Under the pieces are notes generated by a model that worked only from the letters and a program-made list of their open reading frames with translations, ran no database searches and was not told where the DNA came from. A stretch of 64,000 bases of DNA from an uncultured Eubacteriales bacterium (GTDB lineage Bacteria; Bacillota; Clostridia; Oscillospirales; Acutalibacteraceae), in the NCBI GenBank assembly GCA_900315985.1, contig ONBD01000002.1, positions 520-64,519 on the forward strand. Reading direction: 5' to 3'. Made by a program: the position numbers and the translations under genes. Shown here one piece after another: positions 51,053 through 59,385 of the stretch (position 1 is its first letter; every line of letters starts with the position of its first letter).

Positions 51053-52363
51053 ATGGGACTTATTAAAGCAGGCGCAGGTGCACTCGGCGGAGTATTAGCT
51101 GATCAGTGGAAGGAATTCTTCTATTGCGAAGCGCTCCCGAAGGATGTTTTGATGGTTAAAGGCGAAAAGAGAACCGGAAACCGTTCATCAAACACAAAGG
51201 GCAATGACAACATTATTTCAAACGGCTCGGGTATTGCCGTTGCAGACGGTCAGTGTATGATGATCGTTGAGCAGGGCAAAATCGTTGAGGTTTGTGCAGA
51301 ACCCGGCGAGTATACATACGACACCTCAACAGAGCCCAGCATTTTCACAGGACCTCTTAAAGAGAGCATCAAAGAAACCTTCAGGACCATAGGCAAGAGA
51401 TTTGCTCTCGGCGGCGACACGGGTAAGGATCAGAGGGTTTATTATTTCAACACAAAAGAGCTTGTTGACAATAAATTCGGCACTCCCAGCCCGATTCCGT
51501 TCAGAGTGGTTGACAACAAGATAAACCTTGATATTGATGTTTCAATCCGTTGCAGCGGCGTGTATTCATATAAGATAGCAGACCCGCTTCTTTTCTACAC
51601 CAATGTTTGCGGTAATGTTACAGACGAGTACAGAAGAGAAGAGCTTGACACACAGCTTAAAACTGAATTCGTTTCAGCTCTTCAGCCTGCATTCGGCAAG
51701 CTTTCAGAGCTTGAGTTAAGACCTAATCAGATTCCGACCCACGCAACAGACCTTGAAAACGCAATGAATGAAGCTCTTACACAGAAATGGTCAGAGCTTC
51801 GTGGCCTTGAGGTCGTTTCAATCGCTATGAACCCGATTACTCTTCCCGAAGAGGATCAGGAGCTTATCAAGCAGGCACAGCGTGTTGCTATGATGAAAGA
51901 TCCTACCTATGCAGGCGCAACACTTGTAGGCGCACAGGCTGACGCAATGAAGGCGGCTGCTGCTAATGAAGGCGGCGCTATGAACGGCTTTATCGGCATG
52001 GGTATGGCTATGAACGCAGGCGGCGGCGCAAATGCTGCTTCCAACCTTTATGCAATGGGTCAGCAGAATGCTGCACAGGCAGGAGCACCCGCTCAGACAG
52101 CAGGCGGCTGGAAATGCAGCTGCGGCACTGAGAATACAGGCAAATTCTGTCAGAACTGCGGCAAGGCAAAGCCCGAGGACGGTGCATGGACCTGCGCTAA
52201 ATGCGGTACACAGAACACAGGTAAATTCTGTCAGAATTGCGGCGCACAGAAGGCTGCTGCTTACAAGTGCAGCAAGTGCGGCTGGGTTCCCGAGGATCCT
52301 GCAAATCCGCCTAAATTCTGCCCGCAGTGCGGCGATCCCTTTGATGCAAACGACGCTCAGTAA
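51053..52363 (+). CDS. SPFH/band-7-like protein with three C-terminal zinc ribbons (COG4260, B. subtilis YdjI-like)
   Basis: MGLIKAGAGALGGVLADQWKEFF... N-terminus typical of the virion-core-protein-like SPFH group. Ala/Gly/Met-rich linker. WKCSCGTENTGKFCQNCG, WTCAKCGTQNTGKFCQNCG, YKCSKCGW...KFCPQCG. Confidence 0.8.
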   Translation: MGLIKAGAGALGGVLADQWKEFFYCEALPKDVLMVKGEKRTGNRSSNTKGNDNIISNGSGIAVADGQCMMIVEQGKIVEVCAEPGEYTYDTSTEPSIFTGPLKESIKETFRTIGKRFALGGDTGKDQRVYYFNTKELVDNKFGTPSPIPFRVVDNKINLDIDVSIRCSGVYSYKIADPLLFYTNVCGNVTDEYRREELDTQLKTEFVSALQPAFGKLSELELRPNQIPTHATDLENAMNEALTQKWSELRGLEVVSIAMNPITLPEEDQELIKQAQRVAMMKDPTYAGATLVGAQADAMKAAAANEGGAMNGFIGMGMAMNAGGGANAASNLYAMGQQNAAQAGAPAQTAGGWKCSCGTENTGKFCQNCGKAKPEDGAWTCAKCGTQNTGKFCQNCGAQKAAAYKCSKCGWVPEDPANPPKFCPQCGDPFDANDAQ

Positions 52364-52381
52364 TTTAATGTGGGGTAATTT

Positions 52382-53458
52382 ATGGCAGAAATATTAGATT
52401 TCAAATGTCCCTGTTGTAATGCGCCTATAAATTTCGACTCGACTGAGCAGATGATGAAATGTCCTTACTGCGACAGTCAGTTTGATGTGGCGGCGTTAAA
52501 GGGCAAGGACGATGTCCTTAATTCTCAACCTGCCGACGAATTTAATTGGCAGACAAATGCCGAGGAAGACTGGGGAAATGACGAGCAGAACGATTTGTCT
52601 GTTTTCGTTTGTAAAAGCTGCGGCGGTGAAATAGTCGGCGATGCCAACACCGCTGCGACTTCCTGCCCTTACTGCGGCAATCCCGTAGTGCTTTCAGGCA
52701 GACTCTCAGGCATGCTTAAGCCCGACTATGTTATTCCGTTTAAGCTTAATAAGGAAGCGGCAAAAAATGCATTGAAGCAGTATGTCGGCGCAAAAAAATT
52801 TGCTCCGAGTGCATTTAAGAGCGAAAATAAAATCAATGAGATTAAAGGAATTTATGTTCCTTTCTGGCTTTTTGACTCAGACATCAATGCCGCAGTATCG
52901 TATGAGGGCACAAGGGTGCGTACATGGAGTGACTCCAAGTACAATTACACCGAAACAAGCTATTATGATATTTTCCGTCAGGGCAATATGAGCTTTTCAA
53001 ACATTCCCGTTGACGGTTCAAGCAAAATGGCTGACGATTTAATGGAGTCCATTGAGCCTTTTGACTTTTCACAGGCGGTTGATTTTCAGACGGCTTATCT
53101 TGCAGGCTATCTTGCCGACAAGTATGATGTCACTATGGAAAACAGCATCGGCAGAGCCAATGACAGAGTTAAAGTCAGCGCAGAGGACACTTTGCGTTCA
53201 ACCGTAGACGGTTTCGCAACCGTAACGCCCGTTTCAAGCTCGGTTCAGGTTTTAAAGGGTCAGGCAAAATATGCTATGTATCCCGTCTGGCTTCTCAACA
53301 CCACCTATAAGGGCGAGAAATTCACATTTGCAATGAACGGTCAGACCGGCAAAATTGTAGGCAACTTACCTGTCAGCAAAGCAAAACTCGCTGCTCTATT
53401 CGGCGGACTGTTTGCAGGGATAACTGCTGTAGTTTACCTGATAACAGGTTTGCTTTAA
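52382..53458 (+). CDS. Double zinc-ribbon protein with a C-terminal TM anchor (YdjG-like)
   Basis: FKCPCCNAPI...KCPYCDSQF and FVCKSCGGEI...SCPYCGNPV. C-terminal hydrophobic helix LAALFGGLFAGITAVVYLITGLL. Confidence 0.7.
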   Translation: MAEILDFKCPCCNAPINFDSTEQMMKCPYCDSQFDVAALKGKDDVLNSQPADEFNWQTNAEEDWGNDEQNDLSVFVCKSCGGEIVGDANTAATSCPYCGNPVVLSGRLSGMLKPDYVIPFKLNKEAAKNALKQYVGAKKFAPSAFKSENKINEIKGIYVPFWLFDSDINAAVSYEGTRVRTWSDSKYNYTETSYYDIFRQGNMSFSNIPVDGSSKMADDLMESIEPFDFSQAVDFQTAYLAGYLADKYDVTMENSIGRANDRVKVSAEDTLRSTVDGFATVTPVSSSVQVLKGQAKYAMYPVWLLNTTYKGEKFTFAMNGQTGKIVGNLPVSKAKLAALFGGLFAGITAVVYLITGLL

Positions 53459-53471
53459 GGGAGGTTGAACA

Positions 53472-54323
53472 ATGAAAAAAATATTAAATATATTTATTTG
53501 CCTCCTGATAATAAGCTTACTTACATTTCCGGTATTTGCGGCAACAAATCCTCTGGTAGTTGACGAAGCGGACTTAATGTCCGACTATGAGGAACAGCAG
53601 CTCACTGCAACGCTTGAGGAAATCAGCGAAAGACAGCAGTTTGATATTGTTGCGGTTACTGTCGATTCCACCGACGGCAAAAGCACTATGGACTTTGCAG
53701 ATGACTTTTACGATTACAACGGCTACGGACAGGGCGAAAACCATGACGGCGTTATTCTTGTAATCAATATGGCTGAAAGAGAATACTGGATTTCAACTTC
53801 GGGCTATGCAATTACCGCAATTACAGACTATTCTATTGAAATGATCGGTGACTCAGTTGTTCCTTATATGAAAGACGGCGATTATTACGGCGCTTATTCC
53901 GAATATGCCGATATTGTTGATGATCTTGTAACTTCTGCGAAGAACGGAAGTATTTACGACTGGAATAACACCTATAAGGGTTACGGTGAGTATGCTTACG
54001 GTGACGGATATGCCGAAGAATACGGTTCGTCCGGAATGGACTCATTTGAAAGAATAGGCACATCGGTAATCGTTGCTGTAATAATATCCGCTATAATTGT
54101 GCTTATGGTTAAAAAGAGCTATAAGCCCGTTGCGTTTAACAGAAGCGCTGCCAATTATCTTAATCCCGGCAGTCTTAATGTAACCAATTCTTATGAGCAT
54201 TTTCTTTATAACCATGTTACTATGACAAAGCGTGCAGAGGAAAGCTCAAACCATTCGGGCGGCAGCTCAACTCATACCTCGTCATCAGGCACAAGCCACG
54301 GTGGCGGCGGCGGGCATTTTTAA
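53472..54323 (+). CDS. TPM-domain protein with signal peptide, TM segment and Gly/Ser/His tail (YdjH/YgcG-like)
   Basis: VVDEADLMSDYEEQQL...QFDIVAVTV...DGVILVINMAEREYWIST (TPM fold pattern), one TM segment, C-terminus SGGSSTHTSSSGTSHGGGGGHF. Confidence 0.75.
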   Translation: MKKILNIFICLLIISLLTFPVFAATNPLVVDEADLMSDYEEQQLTATLEEISERQQFDIVAVTVDSTDGKSTMDFADDFYDYNGYGQGENHDGVILVINMAEREYWISTSGYAITAITDYSIEMIGDSVVPYMKDGDYYGAYSEYADIVDDLVTSAKNGSIYDWNNTYKGYGEYAYGDGYAEEYGSSGMDSFERIGTSVIVAVIISAIIVLMVKKSYKPVAFNRSAANYLNPGSLNVTNSYEHFLYNHVTMTKRAEESSNHSGGSSTHTSSSGTSHGGGGGHF

Positions 54324-54353
54324 AAATTTAATGCCTGTTTTATAATTTGTTAT

Positions 54354-54386
54354 TAAAAAAGGTGTGCAGTATTGCACACCTTTTTC
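54354..54386 (+). terminator. Intrinsic terminator of the SPFH/Zn-ribbon/TPM operon
   Basis: AGGTGTGCA-GTAT-TGCACACCT followed by TTTTC. Confidence 0.8.
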
Positions 54387-54451
54387 AGTTAAACATATTT
54401 ACATATTGAAAATGATTTGTTAAAATAAAAAAGCTGAAAGGTGGGGGAGAG

Positions 54452-54802
54452 ATGGACAAAAAGACAAATGAAAATGCTCATAAGCATATATTGGAAGACG
54501 GCACTGTAATTGAGCATTGCCATGAACACGCTCATTCTCATACTCATCAGAACACAAAAGCTGTTATCAACAGGCTCGCAAGAGCCATAGGACATCTTGA
54601 AAAGGTCAAGAGGATGGTCGAAAACGGGGAAGACTGCAGCGAAGTGCTTATTCAGCTGTCTGCGGTGCGCTCTGCAATAAACAACACGGGCAAAATAATT
54701 CTGCAGGACCATATAGAGCATTGTCTTGTAGATGCAGTTGAAAGCGGTGACCTCGAAGCCATAGAAGATCTTAACGAGGCAATAGAAAGATTTATTAAAT
54801 AA
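54452..54802 (+). CDS. CsoR/RcnR-family metal-sensing repressor with a His-rich N-terminal extension
   Basis: INRLARAIGHLEKVKRMVENGEDCSEVLIQLSAVRSAIN...LQDHIEHC carries C-H-C ligand spacing. N-terminus HKHILEDGTVIEHCHEHAHSHTHQ. Confidence 0.8.
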   Translation: MDKKTNENAHKHILEDGTVIEHCHEHAHSHTHQNTKAVINRLARAIGHLEKVKRMVENGEDCSEVLIQLSAVRSAINNTGKIILQDHIEHCLVDAVESGDLEAIEDLNEAIERFIK

Positions 54803-54818
54803 GTATTTATATAAGCTT

Positions 54819-54853
54819 AACGGGTGGAATCATAATTCCACCCGTTATTTTTT
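54819..54853 (+). terminator. Intrinsic terminator after the CsoR-like gene
   Basis: AACGGGTGGAAT-CATA-ATTCCACCCGTT followed by ATTTTTT. Confidence 0.85.
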
Positions 54854-54918
54854 CGGTTCGCTCCCGTCCTGTTTTATGTCAAAATAAAAAGGACAAGGCA
54901 AAGCCTCATCCTTTTTAA

Positions 54919-54994
54919 TGGTGGAGACGGACGGGATCGAACCGTTGACCTTCTGACTGCCAGTCAGACGCTCTCCCAGCTGAGCTACGCCCCC
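54919..54994 (-). tRNA. tRNA-Ala (anticodon GGC), CCA encoded
   Basis: Reverse complement GGGGGCGTAGCTCAGCTGGGAGAGCGTCTGACTGGCAGTCAGAAGGTCAACGGTTCGATCCCGTCCGTCTCCACCA folds as a cloverleaf. G3:U70 Ala identity pair; anticodon loop CTGGCAG; T-loop TTCGATC; one A49-C65 mismatch. Confidence 0.9.
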
Positions 54995-55061
54995 TCAACG
55001 CTCAATATAATAACATAAGTATTATCATTTTTCAAGTGTTTATTTTCTGAAAATCTTACAG

Positions 55062-56486
55062 TTAAAAATTGATAATTCCTGCGCTTTGATAAAGAGCGGT
55101 ATATATAATCAAAGACAGTAGCATAAAAATCAAGCCCTCAAAAAAGCGCCAAGAAATTGGTTCTATAGTTCTGTTTTTTAATTTACTTTTCAGATTTTCA
55201 AAGGTTTCGTTAAGATAAGGGGAAATTGCGAATACTCCGTAAATAAAACATCTCATGGTAAAAAAATAACGGTTTTCAACATGACCGAAGCTCGGTACAA
55301 GTGCAGACATAAGGAACGCAAGGAAGATGGCTGCATCAATGGAAATGAAATCATGATATTTCTTAAATTTGTCTTTGAGTTTTGCGAAAAGTGAATAAAC
55401 AATAGCAGACATTGCAATCATCCATAAATATGGATATTTAGGAGATAAGGCAATGGTGTTTTTAGGGTCGTTCATAACACCTAAATATAGTCTTTCGCTC
55501 CAACGAATTGCGAAATGTATAGGATGAGTAATTATCAATTTTATGTAGCTAAAATAATCATATATAAGTCCGCCTGATTTAACATATTCCAATTGCTCTG
55601 CGGGTATAAAGCTCATACTTAGATTGTCGGGAACTTGATAAGGATAATTGATTAACAAAAGGTTTTGAGACAAACCGTTTATTATCCAGTCGCCGCCTGT
55701 AGGGATCCATGCACCTGATTCCCTTGCAGGGTCGACAACATAAGCAAAGTACGCATCATTTGGTAAATGCGATATTACATAGCTCACTGCAAACAAAAGC
55801 ATTGCGGCAATTAAAGCACCGTGCTTTTTAAAACTTTTAAAGCCGTATTTCTTGAAATGCTTAACAAAAACTCTTATTATAGCAGCTCCGCTAACAATTA
55901 CGGCAGAAAACAAAAACTGACCGCTGAAGCATAAATTCAATCCTGTTAAGATGCCGAGTAAAATGAACTGTGAGAATTTCAGCTCATCGCTCTTGGCAAC
56001 GCGGATTGCGCAGTTGCAAAGGGCGAAAAGCATAGCGCAGCTAATCATATCAACACTAAGTATATAGTTTATATTGCATTCAAACACCAACAAAAGCGCA
56101 ATTAAAAGATACCTTTGCGCTAACGAGGTCTTTTTGTTTGGGTAAATGCTGTTTATAAGACCGGGAATTCCGTATGCGCCGACATATCCGAAGCATAAAG
56201 CGTTAAAAAGCTTTGTTATTAACTGCTCTGGAATATGTAAAAGCGCAGAAAGCTTTAAGTCAATAACACTCGGTAAAAATGCATAAATACCCTTATACAT
56301 TACATAAGAATAGTATTTGTTATTACTGAAAAATGTCTTTGCCACAAGCCATGTTTCCTGTGCATCACCCGAAGCGGAAAGCAAATCGATACTGTATGAA
56401 ATGGCAAACATAGCAGCTGTAGCAATTGCAAAAATCAACACTTTTGAGGTCGCTGCTTTTTTCAAAGCATTTAACAAATTTTTCAT
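55062..56486 (-). CDS. Polytopic membrane protein, candidate glycan polymerase or GT-C-type transferase
   Basis: About 474 aa, more than 10 TM segments, AT-rich. ATG 56486 follows SD GAGGA. The track start 56525 lies inside the -10 box of its own promoter. Confidence 0.6.
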   Translation of the reverse strand: MKNLLNALKKAATSKVLIFAIATAAMFAISYSIDLLSASGDAQETWLVAKTFFSNNKYYSYVMYKGIYAFLPSVIDLKLSALLHIPEQLITKLFNALCFGYVGAYGIPGLINSIYPNKKTSLAQRYLLIALLLVFECNINYILSVDMISCAMLFALCNCAIRVAKSDELKFSQFILLGILTGLNLCFSGQFLFSAVIVSGAAIIRVFVKHFKKYGFKSFKKHGALIAAMLLFAVSYVISHLPNDAYFAYVVDPARESGAWIPTGGDWIINGLSQNLLLINYPYQVPDNLSMSFIPAEQLEYVKSGGLIYDYFSYIKLIITHPIHFAIRWSERLYLGVMNDPKNTIALSPKYPYLWMIAMSAIVYSLFAKLKDKFKKYHDFISIDAAIFLAFLMSALVPSFGHVENRYFFTMRCFIYGVFAISPYLNETFENLKSKLKNRTIEPISWRFFEGLIFMLLSLIIYTALYQSAGIINF

Positions 56487-56516
56487 ATCAATTTCCTCAA
56501 TACAATTTTTTAAATA

Positions 56517-56599
56517 ATTATACATTTTGATGTCGTTTTGTCAAGATAAATAACGCATTTTGTTCGAAAGTTGACATTTTTACTTGTGTGCTGTATAAT
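56517..56599. promoter_or_regulatory. Back-to-back consensus sigma-A promoters of the glycan island
   Basis: Minus strand: TTGACA (56544-56539), 16 nt, TATAAT (56522-56517). Plus strand: TTGACA (56571-56576), 17 nt, TATAAT (56594-56599). Confidence 0.6.
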
Positions 56600-56644
56600 T
56601 AAACAAATATTATTATATAATTGCTTGTATTTAGGGAGAAACAG

Positions 56645-57793
56645 ATGAAGCCTTTAGTCAGCGTGCTTATTCCCGCTTATAATCATGAACAATATGTGGG
56701 CGCCGCCATTGAAAGTGTGCTTAATCAGACATATGAGAATTTTGAACTGCTGATTTCCGATGACTGTTCAACTGACGGCACAAGACATGTTATAAGTTCT
56801 TGCTCCGACGCACGAATCAAGACATTTTTCTTTAATGAAAACGGCGGCACTGTAAACTCCCTTAATGTTTTGCTTGAAGCCGCAAAAGGTGATTACATTG
56901 CGGTGTTAGGCTCTGATGACATTTGGATGCCTGAAAAGTTGGAAAAGCAGCTTGAGGTTATGGCTAATATGCCTGACATTGCTGCTTGCTTTACCTACTC
57001 CGAAATAATAGACAATGTATCAAACACTGTTACAGACAGCAGTGTGTTTCCGTTGGATATTTTTAACTTTAATAATTGCAACAGAGAAGATATGCTTTGC
57101 CGATTATTTTTAACCGGCAATCATTTTTGCCATTCAAGTGTTTTGATAAGAACTTGTGCACACAGAGAAATAGGTGAATACAAGATACAGTATAGGCAGT
57201 TACACGATTTTGATTTGTGGGTTCGTATTTTACTGCGTTATCCTGTTTATATTATTGAGGAAAAGCTGGTTAAGTACAGAGTATTTTCAACCAATGACAA
57301 TGTCAGTAATTTAACACAGGAGAACAATATCAGGCTTTTCAGAGAGGCACGGTACATCTTTAAAAACATGTTTAATGAAATCTCTGACGCTGATTTTGTT
57401 GCAGGTTTTAAACCCTGCTTGGTAAAATCCGATGCTAAAACTGCGGAACAGATAATGTGTGAGAAGTTTTTCGTTCTTTGGAATTATTCTCTGTGGAAAT
57501 ATGAATATAAATTACCTGCGCTTGATTATTTGATGAGCCATATCGATAATTTGAGCTTCTTTGAATGTTTAACTAAAGAATACAACTTTTCACTTAACGA
57601 TATTTATAAAGCAACGGGTGATTATTTGTCAGATTGCCCGAAAGAGTTTTTCCAGATAGACTTAAATGCATTAGAGTCGGATTGCAATACTTTGAGGCAG
57701 GAATTGGATAATATTCACAACTCAAGAATGTGGAAATACTATTGTATCCTCAAAAAGATAAAACCGTTACTCAGGAGGAAGCCAAATGAATAA
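56645..57793 (+). CDS. Family 2 glycosyltransferase
   Basis: VSVLIPAYNHEQYVGAAIESVLNQTY..ELLISDDCSTDGT...LGSDDIW (GT-A DxD region). SD GGGAGA. Confidence 0.85.
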   Translation: MKPLVSVLIPAYNHEQYVGAAIESVLNQTYENFELLISDDCSTDGTRHVISSCSDARIKTFFFNENGGTVNSLNVLLEAAKGDYIAVLGSDDIWMPEKLEKQLEVMANMPDIAACFTYSEIIDNVSNTVTDSSVFPLDIFNFNNCNREDMLCRLFLTGNHFCHSSVLIRTCAHREIGEYKIQYRQLHDFDLWVRILLRYPVYIIEEKLVKYRVFSTNDNVSNLTQENNIRLFREARYIFKNMFNEISDADFVAGFKPCLVKSDAKTAEQIMCEKFFVLWNYSLWKYEYKLPALDYLMSHIDNLSFFECLTKEYNFSLNDIYKATGDYLSDCPKEFFQIDLNALESDCNTLRQELDNIHNSRMWKYYCILKKIKPLLRRKPNE

Positions 57794-58952
57794 AGAACTG
57801 TTTTCGGTTATTGTTTTGCACTATAATCAGCCTTCTTATGTTTTTACTGCATTGAGCTCTGTTCTCAAGCAGAATTACGAACGAATTGAACTTATCTTTG
57901 TGGATGATGCTTCAAGCGATATTGATAAAGAAGCGATTAAAAAATATATTCAGGAAAACAAAAATGAAAATATCGAAAATGTAAGTTTCTTATTTAACGA
58001 GGAAAATATGGGTACGGTAAAAACAATAAACCGTGCCGTCAAAAGTGCAAGCGGCAAGCACATACTGTTTTTTGCAGCAGATGATGCCCTGTTTAATAAA
58101 AATGTAATCACCAATTTTAACAACGCTTTTGAGAAGGCTGACAGCGATGTTTATATGATTTCCTCACAGTGTCTTATGATGGATGAGGAGCTCAAAGACA
58201 TAATAGAGCCTTTTGTTCATCATACACAGGTAGTCAGTTTTAACCGTATGACCTCTTATGATCAGTTTAAGCTTTTTTCATCAACTTGTTTTCTTGCAAT
58301 TGGTGCTACTGCGATACGTAAAGATATGTTTGAACAATTCGGTTATTTCAATGAGGAGTACAAATTCATTGAAGATTGGTCATATTTTTTGCATTTGACT
58401 CGTTCGGGAGGCCGTATTCAATATTCCGATTTTAACGGACTTTTACATCGTGACGGTGGAATAAGTCATTATTTGAGCACAAGCAGTTTACCGCCCCATG
58501 TGCTTCAATATAAGCTGGACTTGCTGCATATATACGAAAATGAGATCTTTCCGTACTTTAAAGATTTCGGCTTCGTTGAACAGGTAAATATATTTGAAAA
58601 ATATAAAGCCGAAAAGTGTGCTTATTATGCAGGCGGAGGCACACAAAATCTTTTGCCGCCCTTTAAGCTGATCAGAACATTCCCAAGGTATTATTTAAAC
58701 GTTATTGTTTCGCCTTTTGTTAACAGTTGGGTACTGTTAATTAAATCCATACGGGCTTTGACCTATGTTTCAATAATCTATTTTGCAGCTGTATTTTCAC
58801 AAAAAGCCTTGGGATCAACGTTTATTACAAATCTTATTACTGTGTGCGTTGGCTGTATTTTCTATACTATGATAGTTGCCTCATTGTTAATTTTAGTTGC
58901 AATAGCAGGGCTTAAACTATTACGGATAATCAAGAGATGTTTCAAGGGGTGA
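57786..58952 (+). CDS. Family 2 glycosyltransferase with C-terminal TM segments
   Basis: FSVIVLHYNQPSYVFTALSSVLKQNY..ELIFVDDASSD...FFAADDA, with C-terminal hydrophobic helices. 8-nt overlap with the preceding gene. Confidence 0.85.
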   Translation: MNKELFSVIVLHYNQPSYVFTALSSVLKQNYERIELIFVDDASSDIDKEAIKKYIQENKNENIENVSFLFNEENMGTVKTINRAVKSASGKHILFFAADDALFNKNVITNFNNAFEKADSDVYMISSQCLMMDEELKDIIEPFVHHTQVVSFNRMTSYDQFKLFSSTCFLAIGATAIRKDMFEQFGYFNEEYKFIEDWSYFLHLTRSGGRIQYSDFNGLLHRDGGISHYLSTSSLPPHVLQYKLDLLHIYENEIFPYFKDFGFVEQVNIFEKYKAEKCAYYAGGGTQNLLPPFKLIRTFPRYYLNVIVSPFVNSWVLLIKSIRALTYVSIIYFAAVFSQKALGSTFITNLITVCVGCIFYTMIVASLLILVAIAGLKLLRIIKRCFKG

Positions 58953-58958
58953 TTGTTA

Positions 58959-59384
58959 ATGATAAATGTATCCGAATATAATTTCGAAAAGTTTTCCGAT
59001 CCCGAGTACGGTAATCTCATAGCACTTGAGGCCCAAAAATCTTTTCCTTTTGGTATAAAGCGTGTATATTATATATACGATGTGCCAGACGGCGTGCGCA
59101 GAGGTTTTCATTCGCATAAGGAACTGCATCAGATGCTTATTTGTGTGAGCGGAAGCGTTAAAATACTTACAAAAACACCTGATGAAGAGCTTGTTACAGA
59201 GCTTTCCAGCCCTAATAAGGGGCTTTATATTGGTCCTATGATATGGCGTGAAATGTATGATTTTTCGCCGGGCGCAGTTTTGCTTGTAATTGCCAGCGAG
59301 CATTATACCGTGAGCGATTATATAAGAGATTATGACGAATACTTAAAATTGGCAGAAAATTATTTTGAAAAGCAGAGTGATTGA
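58959..59384 (+). CDS. FdtA/QdtA (WxcM-like) cupin, dTDP-4-keto-6-deoxyhexose 3,4-ketoisomerase
   Basis: [38 protein letters not shown] and [11 protein letters not shown] match the FdtA pattern. Confidence 0.8.
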   Translation: MINVSEYNFEKFSDPEYGNLIALEAQKSFPFGIKRVYYIYDVPDGVRRGFHSHKELHQMLICVSGSVKILTKTPDEELVTELSSPNKGLYIGPMIWREMYDFSPGAVLLVIASEHYTVSDYIRDYDEYLKLAENYFEKQSD

Positions 59385-59385
59385 T

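Noticed and set aside
52032-52397. 121-aa alternative-frame ORF over the zinc-ribbon region
   Set aside because: It is an out-of-frame reading of the GC-rich Ala/Gly/Cys-coding tail of the SPFH gene. The main frame yields three clean zinc ribbons.
56487-56525. Upstream start (56525) for the GT-C-like membrane protein
   Set aside because: Its first codons, ATG TAT AAT TAT, are the -10 box of a consensus promoter. ATG 56486 has a proper SD.
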